From Macrostomum hystrix (lineage: Eukaryota; Animalia; Platyhelminthes): a DNA stretch of 64,000 bases. The notes beneath the pieces were generated by a model, which had not been told where the DNA came from, ran no database searches, and worked only from the letters and a program-made list of their open reading frames with translations. The translations under genes and the position numbers were made by a program. The stretch lies in the NCBI GenBank assembly GCA_950097015.1, contig CATNEN010000031.1:434001-498000 (forward strand). The letters run 5' to 3'. Below, piece after piece: positions 1-11,675 of this stretch (position 1 is its first letter; every line of letters begins with the position of its first letter).

Positions 1-87
1 CGTGCGAGTGTTTGCACGAGTGGCCGACCAGCCACTTGCCTTCCATACAATGTTACTGCGAAATCATGTGTTTGGAAACCATGTCTA

Positions 88-2740
88 AATGATCTGGGAG
101 TGTGGATACCAAAGCTGGGAGTGTGGATACCAAAGCTGGGAGTGTGGATACCAAAGCTGGGAGTGAGGAAACCAAAGCTGGGAGTGTGGAAACCAAAGCT
201 GGGAGTGTGGATACCAAAGCTGGGAGTGAGGATACCAAAGCTGGGAGTGTGGAAACCAAAGCTGGGAGTGTGGAAACCAAAGCTGGGAGTGTGGATACCA
301 AAGCTGGGAGTGTGGATACCAAAGCTGGGAGTGTGGATACCAAATCTGGGAGTGTGGATACCAAAGCTGGGAGTGAGGAAACCAAAGCTGGGAGTGTGGA
401 TACCAAAGCTGGGAGTGAGGATACCAAAGCTGGGAGTGTGGATACCAAAGCTGGGAGTGAGGATACCAAAGCTGGGAGTGTGGAAACCAAAGCTGGGAGT
501 GTGGATACCAAAGCTGGGAGTGTGGATACCAAAGCTGGGAGTGTGGAAACAAAAGCTGGGAGTGTGGATACCAAAGCTGGGAGTGTGGATACCAAAGCTG
601 GGAGTGTGGATACCAAAGCTGGGAGTGTGGAAACCAAAGCTGGGAGTGTGGATACCAAAGCTGGGAGTGTGGATACCAAAGCTGGGAGTGTGGATACCAA
701 AGCTGGGAGTGTGGATACCAAAGCTGGGAGTGTGGAAACCAAAGCTGGGAGTGTGGATACCAAAGCTGGGAGTGTGGAAACCAAAGCTGGGAGTGTGGAA
801 ACCAAAGCTGGCTGATCTGGGAGTGTGGATACCAAAGCTGGCTGATCTGGGAGCGTGGATACCAAAGCTGGGAGTGTGGATACCAAAGCTGGGAGTGTGG
901 AAACCAAAGCTGGGAGTGTGGATACCAAAGCTGGGAGTGTGGATACCAAAGCTGGGAGTGTGGATACCAAAGCTGGGAGTGTGGAAACCAAAGCTGGGAG
1001 TGTGGAAACCAAAGCTGGCTGATCTGGGAGTGTGGAAACCTAAGCTGGCTGATCTGGGAGTGTGGATACCAAAGCTGGCTGATCTGGGAGTGTGGAAACC
1101 TAAGCTGGCTGATCTGGGAGTGTGGATACCAAAGCTGGCTGATCTGGGAGTGTGGATACCAAAGCTGGGAGTGTGGAAACCAAAGCTGGGAGTGTGGATA
1201 CCAAAGCTTGCTGATCTGGGAGTGTGGAAACCTAAGCTGGCTGATCTGGGAGTGTGGATACCAAAGCTGGCTGATCTGGGAGCGTGGATACCAAAGCTGG
1301 GAGTGAGGAAACCAAAGCTGGGAGTGTGGAAACCAAAGCTGGGAGTGTGGATACCAAAGCTGGGAGTGTGGATACCAAAGCTGGGAGTGTGGAAACCAAA
1401 GCTGGGAGTGTGGATACCAAAGCTGGGAGTGTGGAAACCAAAGCTGGCTGATCTGGGAGTGTGGAAACCTAAGCTGGCTGATCTGGGAGTGTGGATACCA
1501 AAGCTGGCTGATCTGGGAGTGTGGAAACCTAAGCTGGCTGATCTGGGAGTGTGGATACCAAAGCTGGCTGATCTGGGAGTGTGGATACCAAAGCTGGGAG
1601 TGTGGAAACCAAAGCTGGGAGTGTGGATACCAAAGCTTGCTGATCTGGGAGTGTGGAAACCTAAGCTGGCTGATCTGGGAGTGTGGATACCAAAGCTGGC
1701 TGATCTGGGAGCGTGGATACCAAAGCTGGGAGTGAGGAAACCAAAGCTGGGAGTGTGGAAACCAAAGCTGGGAGTGTGGATACCAAAGCTGGGAGTGTGG
1801 ATACCAAAGCTGGGAGTGTGGAAACCAAAGCTGGGAGTGTGGATACCAAAGCTGGGAGTGTGGAAACCAAAGTTGGGAGTGTGGATACCAAAGCTGGGAG
1901 TGTGGAAACCAAAGCTGGGAGTGTGGATACCAAAGCTGGGAGTGTGGAAACCAAAGCTGGCTGATCTGGGAGCGTGGAAACCTAAGCTGACTGATCTGGG
2001 AGTGTGGAAACCAAAGCTGACTGATCTGGGAGTGTGGAAACCAAAGCTGGCTGATCTGCGAGTGTGGAAACCTAAGCTGGCTGATCTGGGAGTGTGGAAA
2101 CCAAAGCTGGCTGATCTGGGAGTGTGGAAACCAAAGCTGACTGATCTGGGAGTGTGGAAACCTAAGCTGGCTGATCTGGGAGTGTGGAAACCTAAGCTGG
2201 CTGATCTGGGAGTGTGGAAACCTAAGCTGGGAGTGTGGAAACCAAAGCTGGCTGATCTAGGAGTGTGGAAACCAAAGCTGACTGATCTGGGAGTGTGGAA
2301 ACCTAAGCTGGCTGATCTGGGAGTGTGGAAACCTAAGCTGGCTGATCTGGGAGTGTGGAAACCTAAGCTGACTGATCTGGGAGTGTGGAAACCAAAGCTG
2401 GCTGATCTGGGAGTGTGGAAACCTAAGCTGGCTGATCTGGGAGTGTGGAAACCAAAGCTGGCTGATCTGGGAGTGTGGAAACCTAAGCTGGCTGATCTGG
2501 GAGTGTGGAAACCTAAGCTGGCTGATCTGGGAGTGTGGAAACCTAAGCTGACTGATCTGGGAGTGTGGAAACCTAAGCTGGCTGATCTGGGAGTGTGGAA
2601 ACCTAAGCTGGCTGATCTGGGAGTGTGGAAACCAAAGCTGGCTGATCTGGGAGTGTGGAAACCAAAGCTGGCTGATCTGGGAGTGTGGAAACCAAAGCTG
2701 GCTGATCTGGGAGTGTGGAAACCTAAGCTGGCTGATCTGG
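88..2740. repeat. Tandem minisatellite with a 21-bp unit (GGGAGTGTGGATACCAAAGCT) and a 30-bp variant carrying a 9-bp insert (GGCTGATCT)
   Basis: Units read directly. 21-mers dominate the left, 30-mers the right. It explains ORFs 53..1012, 85..552, 100..2805, 102..815, 1232..1441, 1661..1954 and 1713..1964. Confidence 0.97.
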
Positions 2741-3586
2741 CCTGGGAAATCAAAGCGAAGTGGAGGGCAAAACTAGATCAAGGGTGTGAGAACATAGGTG
2801 GCTAATAGCATGCTGTAGCAGCTGAAGTGCAGCAGGTATAGTGGAAGGAACTTTAGGTGCAGTTTTCATAATAAAGATGGCAAGAGTGATAGCTGGAAGC
2901 CAGGATGGCATTTAGAATCGCTGGTTACAGTGTCGCAACCATAACTGAGGCAATGCCCCACATTAACTGACAGGTCAACCCCACCGCAACCCACCCAGAC
3001 CAGCCAGTGCGCAGAATTACAGATTCGTAATATTTCCGCATGATACCAGCCTTTCTTATCCCGGGCGTTCATTGGCAGGGGACAGAATAAACAAGTCGCA
3101 TCTGTGACCGGATGGCCATCCGTATTGGCAGGCAAAATCCTTAGTAATGCACAAAGATCCCACAGGATTGCTGCAACATTACCAGTCCGAATCCCTCTAC
3201 CTGTCGTTAAACTGTACCAAGTTGTGTCTTAACAAAGACAGACTAAAGCCTTCCAGTGTGACCGTGTATAGCCAATGAGTCACAACCTACGGATTAATTC
3301 TGCTTTAGCCAAATCTGAAAGTTTATCACACAATTCCTTTAAAACTTTGGTTTGGAAAATGGGGATAACATTGAAAAGGTGGAGTAGCCTGTCTAATCCC
3401 AAAACGATGTCGATACACTGGTTAAGGGCGGAAGCAGAGCTTCTTTTAACTGGGGCACAGCTCGGTGGGTCAGGGAGTGAGGTGGGCGCTCCTCAACTGA
3501 TACAAGATCAAATAAAGGTACTTCCAATAGTCTGAAATGATTAATATTACTACTACTATTCTATCAAAGCTTATACTGTATCAATC

Positions 3587-3887
3587 TACGAGCTAGTTAG
3601 TTAAACGTATAATACGGGCTGTATACTCGCATGGGCAGTCGCACATCATTTCATGTCAGTACGAGCTAGTTAGTTAACGTATAATACGGGCTGTATACTC
3701 GCATGGGCAGTCGCACATCATTTCATGTCAGTACGAGCTAGTTAGTTAAACATATAATACGGGCTGTATACTCGCATGGGCAGTCGCACATCATTTCATG
3801 TCAGTACGAGCTAGTTAGTTAAACATATAATACGGGCTGTATACTCGCATGGGCAGTCGCACATCATTTCATGTCAGTACGAGCTAG
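3587..3887. repeat. Tandem repeat, about 73-bp unit, 4 copies plus a partial
   Basis: ACGAGCTAGTTAGTTAAAC...CATTTCATGTCAGT starts at 3588, 3661, 3733 and 3806, with a partial at 3879. Confidence 0.95.
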
Positions 3888-3889
3888 AC

Positions 3890-3990
3890 GCAGCTACGAA
3901 AAGCCTCAAAGCCTTCTCTCTGCGGCTGCGCCCCAAACAAATATGGCCTCTTCGCGGAATCGAGCTCATGGACCTCTGGCACTCACCCCT
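3890..3990 (-). mobile_element. Truncated copy of SINE-like family B
   Basis: Reverse complement shares GGGGTGAGTGCCAGAG, GAGCTCGATTC and TTGGGGCGCAGC...GAGAGAAGGCTT...GGCTTTTCGT with the copies at 6589-6945 and 33735-34050. Confidence 0.65.
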
Positions 3991-4400
3991 TGAATACTGG
4001 CTAAATGGCTAGAATAGTTTAAACTTAGAAGAATACGAGTTCCATATGGAATATTTAGAAATATTTAGCTTCAAAATGAGCCCTAAATGGATTTAAATTT
4101 TTTCTATTTTACTTGACAATTTTTATGGCCGAACAGACGCTATTTTTAGAGGGCAGACATGATTGAGCACTAAGGGTGTGGGGTGGTGGCCACCCGGCCT
4201 TCCACAGTGGGAAGACAGCAACACGGGAGGGAGAAATTGTAGCCGTCAAGAGCAAAGCCAGGCGGGTGACTCACGCCAGGCCAAATCTTGCTCACGGCTT
4301 CTCGGGGAATCCTAGGCTTGGCTGACTCACTGTCGCTTTTATGGTTAGAGGAAAATATTTAGGATACACAGGCAAACTGAGACAAGTGAGCTTAACTCAC

Positions 4401-7400
4401 CTGGGCGTCATCCTCTGTCACAACGATCTTTAGGCTGGCCCGGTTGAAAACAATCTTCAATATGCGCTGCCTGAAATTTCATTAGTGACTGATGAAAGCT
4501 AGCCTTCTCTACAAATACGAGTAAACCATCAAATTATAAGGACAACATCAACTGCTTTCACAGATCTCTTACCAAAAGAAGAAGCCGATTTTTTCTTCTC
4601 CATCATAGACCAGGATGCCGGCAGGTGTGAGGCCCAGCTGGTAGGTGCGATCGTCCTTGCCCTTCAGTAGGAGCAGTTGGTTTTACAATAACAGAAATCT
4701 AGTCCTTTATTTCCTTTTCTGACATCTGAGTGCCTTACTCACAATCCACTCAACTTCAGTGTTTCAGCAGCGAGGCCTTCAGGACCTCAGCCCCACACTC
4801 TCAGGACCTCAGCCTCACACTCTCGAGGTATTCAGGACCTCAGCCCCACACTCTCGGGGTATTCAGGACCTCAGCCACACACTCTCGAGGTATTCAGGAC
4901 CTCAGCCCCACACTCTCGGGGTATTCAGGACCTCAGCCACACACTCTCGAGGTATTCAGGACCTCAGCCCCACACTCTCGGGGTATTTAGGACCTCAGGC
5001 CCACACTCTCTCGAGGTATTCAGGACCTCAGCCACACACTCTCGGGGTATTCAGGACCTCAGCCCCACACTCTCGGGGTATTCAGGACCTCAGCCACACA
5101 CTCTCGAGGTATTCAGGACCTCAGGCCCACACTCTCTCGAGGTATTCAGGACCTCAGCCCCACACTCTCGAGGTATTCAGGACCTCAGCCCCACACTCTC
5201 GAGGTATTCAGGACCTCAGCCACACACTCTCGAGGTATTCAGGACCTCAGCCCCACTCTCTCAGGACCTCAGCCCCACTCTCTCAGGACCTCAGCCCCAC
5301 TCTCTCAGGACCTCAGCCCCACACTCTCGAGGTATTCAGGACCTCAGCCACACACTCTCGAGGTATTCAGGACCTCAGCCACACACTCTCGAGGTATTCA
5401 GGACCTCAGCCACACACTCTCGAGGTATTCAGGACCTCAGCCCCACTCTCTCAGGACCTCAGCCCCACTCTCTCAGGACCTCAGCCCCACTCTCTCAGGA
5501 CCTCAGCCCCACACTCTCGAGGTATTCAGGACCTCAGCCACACACTCTCGAGGTATTCAGGACCTCAGCCACACACTCTCGAGGTATTCAGGACCTCAGC
5601 CCCACACTCTCGACGTATTCAGGACCTCAGCCCCACACTCTCGGGGTATTCAGGACCTCAGCCACACACTCTCGAGGTATTCAGGACCTCAGCCACACAC
5701 CTACAGGTCAACCTCAAGACTAGTTGGGGGATATTTTCCGCATGTAAGAGCGAAATTTCAGCAGCGCTCTTTAATACGAATGGTTTAATACAGGCACAGC
5801 GACAACTGGCGAGTCAGAGAAAAACCAACTGACAAAGAAATTCGCAGCTTAAAGTACAGAAATACGTCTTCCTTAGTCGCAGGGATCAGCTACAGCCAAC
5901 GGAGGAAAGATGCGGTTTACCCTAGCCCAGTTCCTCACCTGCACTTTGTGCATATCCACTCCGTAGTTGTCCAGGTATTTCACTTTGTTCAGGTACATCT
6001 TTTCGCAGAGGGCCGGTGTCAAATTGCGATTGCTAAAGATTTTATTTTTCAAAAGAGGAAATGAGGAAAGTTCGTTTTTAGACTTAACGATGCCACGAAT
6101 CACGTGGTTAATTAAAGCAATCACAGGAAACGAGCCGCGGGACTCACGCGAGCTTCTGGTACTCCTCCAGCACCATGGCTTCGAACTCTTCGCTCTGCTT
6201 CTCCTCCGGCAGGAAGCGGAACTGGGATACGAAGGCCAGTCCGTGCTTGTCCGGGTCGTAGTCGCCTTCCTCGGCTGCGGTGGCACGGTTGGTTGAGTTG
6301 AGTTTATGGGAGCTGAGAACAATAGAGAGAGCCAACTAAACAACAGGTCACTTCCTACTCACACTGGATGACCAGGGCGGACATCTCCGCTGCTTTCTCT
6401 TCATCGCCGACCACCAGTTTTCCGGCGGCCAGATCAGCTTTCAGCTGCAGCACGTACAGGTAGCTGCAATGCATTGTTGAGCATAGAAAGCAGTGCTTTA
6501 AAATTTAACTTTGGTTCTTTATGAATAGTTTTTTCAGTCTTCGATCCACACATAATATAATTGATTTGTGATCACTTGTCAAATGCCCTAATAATATAAT
6601 AATAATTGTAGGAGGGCTCCAGGCAATGGCGCATCATTTGGTGACAGTAGACCCGCAGCCAGCGAGCAGGCCATTTTGGCCATGGCGATATGACTCCTGA
6701 GCACACACGCACACAGATACCGTACACAGGCATACACTCTCACAGGTGTGTACATCTGCCCTGACTTTCTCATTGCCAGGCATTGTACACACTGTGCTTT
6801 GGGTGTTGGCCCTCAAGGGCGTAAATTGCACGAAAAGCCCACAAGCCTTCTCTCCCCCGCTGCGCCCCAAGTAAATGTGGCTCAAGCTCAGGGAGCTTGG
6901 TGCGAGAGACAAACGCGTTGGACCACTCTGCCACTCACCCCATCATATCCCCTAAGTACTCGTAGATTATAAAATATACGAGTATCATTCAAATCCCCTA
7001 AACAGTCTCATTCAAATCCCCTAAACACAGTCTCATTCAAATCCACTAAACACAGTCTCATTCAAATCCACTAAACACAGTCTCATTCAAATCCCCTAAA
7101 CACAGTCTCATTAAAATCCACTAAACACAGTCTCATTAAATCCCCTAAACACAGTCTCATTAAAATCCCCTAAACACAGTCTCATTCAAATCCCCTAAAC
7201 ACAGTCTCATTAAATCCCCTAAACACAGTCTCATTCAAATCCCCTAAACACAGTCTCATTCAAATCCCCTAAACACAGTCTCATTAAATCCCCTAAACAC
7301 AGTCTCATTCAAATCCCCTAAACGCAGTCTCATTCAAATCCCCTAAACACAGTCTCATTCAAATCCCCTAAACACAGTCTCATTAAAATCCACTAAACAC

Positions 7401-9501
7401 AGTCTCATTAAATCCCCTAAACACAGTCTCACTAAAATCCCCTAAACACAGTCTCATTCAAATCCCCTAAACACAGTCTCATTAAAATCCACTAAACACA
7501 GTCTCATTAAATCCCCTAAACACAGTCTCATTAAAATCCCCTAAACACAGTCTCATTCAAATCCCCTAAACACAGTCTCATTAAATCCCCTAAACACAGT
7601 CTCATTCAAATCCCCTAAACACAGTCTCATTCAAATCCCCTAAACACAGTCTCATTAAATCCCCTAAACACAGTCTCATTCAAATCCCCTAAACGCAGTC
7701 TCATTCAAATCCCCTAAACACAGTCTCATTCAAATCCCCTAAACACAGTCTCATTAAAATCCACTAAACACAGTCTCATTAAATCCCCTAAACACAGTCT
7801 CACTAAAATCCCCTAAACACAGTCTCATTCAAATCCCCTAAACACAGTTTCATTCAAATCCCATAAAGACAGTCTCATTCAAATCCCCTAAACACAGTCT
7901 CATACAAATCCCCTAAACACAGTCTCATTCAAATCCCATAAAAACAGTCTCATTCAAATCCCCTAAACACAGTCTCATTCAAATCCCATAAAAACAGTCT
8001 CATTCAAATCCCCTAAACACAGTCTCATTCATTCGAATACTCTAAATACAACAACTGATAGCTAAAGGCCAACAGACCAGGTGAGTTCCTCCTTTAGGTA
8101 GGTGTCAGGCTCGCTCGAGAAGAATTTCACCACAAATCTGAGTGTGTAGGGCGGGCCAGCTAGAAGCAGTTGAAGTTGATGAGTGGAAAATAATTAGTTT
8201 TTTTGCGTGACAAGAATATATTTCAACAACTGTATTTAGCAGCAAGCATAAGCCACTCACGCATAGTCTTCTTGATCTGCCTCTTCAGCGACTTGGTGGG
8301 GTCAACCCAGTAACGGACACTGTGAAAGTCGGTGTACTGCAGGCCAAAGTATTCGCGCTCGCTTTGAAAGTCCAAGTCATTGTAGACAAGCTCATACAAT
8401 TCGCTGCCTAAAATTTGCTTCTACAATTTTGAAGCCAAAATGTTAAAACAAAAAAGCTAGGCAAATTAATTTTACACCTTACATTCTGGCACAGTGGGAT
8501 TGGAAATAAATGATTCAATGGTTTCCAGGACAAAAATTTAGCCAATGAAGACAGATTGGTTACCTCAGATATAAGTTAAGCTAGTTAAACTAGACAGAGA
8601 CAATGAAACTTAGTAAATTATATCCTATTTTCAGCCTAATTTTTAGATCCATAATCCAATACCGTTCAAATGATTTATTCACAATTGCAATAAGTCAATA
8701 ACCACTGCATGAAAGGAAGATATTTAAAACATAAATTTTATAATATGGAACAATTATTAAAGATATGCAACTGTTTAGTCAAAGACATTAAGGGTTACAA
8801 ATAAAATCAAGAACTAACACAAATAAATAGGCAATTGTTAAATATATTTTTTTTCATTTCCTAATAGGAGCCTTTATATATATGAATTTAGCCATATACA
8901 AGGACTAGAATTTACAACAGTACACTGGCACTAGCCACTAGCTTAAAATTTAATATCCAATGCCCATAAATGCAAGCTAAAATTTCTAGAGACCCAACAA
9001 GGCTGCCAACAAAACATCTAAAAAGTAGAATGCATGTTTCTTTAATTAAATATTTTACTAATAGGCAAACATAGTTAATAATATTACATTTCTTACATTC
9101 CACATTGGATTCCTTAAGTCTGTTAATATGATACTTAATATTTCTATTACGAACTACTTTAGTCTACCAAAACAAACAGATATAATTAAGGTAAGCACTT
9201 ATCTTTGCCTTGATTAACATATAGAACAAAAAGAAAATGTACAACATTAAAATTAGGCTTTAAGAAAACAGCTAGCAGCTCAATATTATGCTGCATACTG
9301 TTCGAGTTTCTAGATAATTATAGATTTTGTATCTTTGGTCAATGGTAACATGTGAGTACTTACGTTTACATAAAAGTTTGCCTCTGTATTGTCAAGATAC
9401 TGAACAATACAATGAAGTGTATTTCTATCTTGTGACCCATCAGCATCGTCGCGAGTTGATCTAGGTCGCAGGTGGTGAAAAAGTCGACGAAAAAACTGCA
9501 T
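4401..9501 (-). CDS. EPB41L5: FERM-domain protein of the Yurt/Mosaic eyes/EPB41L5-EPB41L4B type; 5' part only, remaining exons probably left of the window
   Basis: Phase-compatible exons at 9364-9501, 8261-8420, 8078-8159, 6363-6463, 6148-6274, 5939-6032, 4573-4661 and 4401-4470. Joined translation includes [18 protein letters not shown]..|[32 protein letters not shown]..|[21 protein letters not shown]|[12 protein letters not shown]..|..[19 protein letters not shown]|[24 protein letters not shown]|[18 protein letters not shown]. This matches remembered Yurt/EPB41L5 FERM N, M and C lobe motifs (FFRR N-terminus, GLTPxG, GxFFW, VVxEDD). Confidence 0.9.
4778..5700. repeat. Tandem minisatellite, about 31-bp unit (TTCAGGACCTCAGCCCCACACTCTCGAGGTA) with 22-33-bp variants; intronic in the FERM gene
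   Basis: Units read directly; explains ORFs 4730..4990 and 4759..5832. Confidence 0.95.
6589..6945 (-). mobile_element. Putative full-length tRNA-derived SINE (family B) in FERM intron 3
   Basis: On the minus strand there is an A-box-like TGGCAGAGTGG (6923-6933) and a degenerate B box. The body aligns along about 250 bp with 33735-34050, and the copy ends in an (ATT)n tail at 6589-6608. Confidence 0.6.
6985..8030. repeat. Tandem minisatellite, about 25-bp unit (AAATCCCCTAAACACAGTCTCATTC); intronic
   Basis: Roughly 40 units read directly. Confidence 0.96.
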
Positions 9502-11675
9502 TATGATTTGTAGTGCTTCTTTTAGTAGGTCAAATTAGCTTTCAATACGTAATTTATATTTTGGTGTCGTGTCGTTTAAATCTTTTTTATATAGCTTAGA
9601 AATTAGGCCTAGCCGTTTAAAAATTAGTATAGCTACGCAAGAAAATATGACTTTCGTCTATGACCACTCGTCTGTCAGCCAACAAGAAGTGAGGGAGGCT
9701 GTTCTTGAATCGGATATGACACTTGTTAGTTCGTACTTCGTTTTGCAAGCACTTAAATTTAATTGCTGAAAAGTGGGATTCATAATAAATGTGATTTTTA
9801 GGAGTCATTAACTCTGAATAAAATTACTTCTTATTTGTGACAATAGTAAATGCTGCTGAGTTAGACATCAAACATCTATGTTGTTGACCAGTAGCATTCT
9901 TAATGGTGTGATTCAAAATACATTTGTTTGTTTGTTTCTCCGGTGTCTAGTGTCAAACTCGATGAAAGGAGGATCTCTAGGATTCGCAACTGACAGAAAC
10001 GGCTGTTCAAATTTGTGCCATAATAGGCCTTTATGCGTCTAAAAAGGCGGTCTATATCATGCTACGATATCACATAGCATGATATGGACCGCCTTTTATG
10101 CGGTTTTCGCCGTGCTCTATACCGCCTAACGTGCATATACGGGCAACTGAGACTTAGGATTATAAATAGAAAAAAGACACATAGCCATCCTATTTCGTAA
10201 AAAACTCTTGTTTTTACTGACGCTACGAGTTCGTTATGCAACATGGTGTGCTAGCCATTATTAAGAGTTGAGTTGATTTAAATCTACCACAAAATTTATC
10301 GTCGTCTATGTGATAGAAGGTTTTCTACGAGAGCTATCACAGCTATAAATTTCACAGGTAAGATACAATATTTGCTTGAGTTAAAGTTTCAGCAATTCGA
10401 ATTTTTAGAACGTAACGTTAAGTCGTGCGATTTCGATATTCAGGGTGCCGAACGTCGTATGGAATAAGATTTTCCAGGAGTTCCAGTGGCAACCATCGGG
10501 CGTGCTCTTTTTTTCCCACTGGCTCATTTCGCTCATGTGATGGAAAAAATAAAATAGTTAATAACCTGACTGCTGTGGTGACCAATCAATTTTGAAGTGA
10601 CAGTCAGCTAGACGGAGAGTTACTAAAATAGAGTGGCTTAAGTTATGTTTCGTGCGTTGCGCAACTTCATGGAGTGTTGTTTACGAGAGAAGGCAACCAA
10701 TGTACAGTGTTTTTTATTAACTTGCCCTCGTGTTCTTTCGTAACTTCCGTCACGAAGCTAGAGTTTTTTTAAGTTAAGTAAGATTTAAAGTGATCACAGC
10801 AAAATAGTGAAATTCTGTGTGGTCAAACGAATCATGTGATTTGGTCTCTCGCTTGAGGGCAGTGTGCATGTGAATGAATTTCAATTTGCGTATTATTCTT
10901 TCCGATATTGCCTGTGTTATTTAGATAGCAAATTTATGCGAAATATGTCATTTTGATGACACGAAATTCGGGGACGCATTGTGGAAACGTCGAAATGTTA
11001 TACGGGCATGCAAATTCATGAAGCTATATTCTCACATAAGACGTACTACATTTATTTTTGACAAACGGTAAAATATGTTACGAGTGAACTCGTACAAGGG
11101 AATCAATCAATCTTCTTGAACTCGTTCTAACTCTTCTAGATGTATTCATCCTTTTATCAGACACCGACAATGTATTTTTATTTGACTGTACAACAAAGGA
11201 CAATTATATAGTATAGCAATTAACTTATGAAAATTAACTATTGCACAACTAAGCAAGAGGAATTTCAATGGAGTACTTTGGGGCAAGAAGTGGAACTGTC
11301 AGCTTTGAAACAGCATGAGAAAAATCCCGAACCAAATTAATAGGTGTCATAATGTTCTTCAATGAATCGTCAGTCATTTAATTATTTAAAAAGGAAACAT
11401 GAAGTTTAGAAACTGAACTAACGGCCCTTTAGGGCAATCGACATATGGTTGTAGTCTTGAAACTAGATGATGACTTAATATGGTGAGTCATCGGAAAAGC
11501 AGCATAGGGATGATCTACTTAAAATTTTGATGGCATTCGAGCACAATTTGCAATGCTAGATAGTATAGTATGTGCTGATAGCCAAGCAATCTTAGTCACA
11601 TTTTTAGGCGTGCTTTTGGCCGTAAATAGCTACTGTAGTTAATTTCAGCAGCAAAAACATTGATATATTCCTAAA

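Noticed and set aside
53-2805. Minus-strand and frame +3 ORFs in the 21/30-bp array
   Set aside because: Produced by stop-free repeat units; they are interrupted wherever variants occur.
4730-5832. 357-aa and 86-aa ORFs
   Set aside because: Translations of the 31-bp minisatellite, antisense within a FERM intron.
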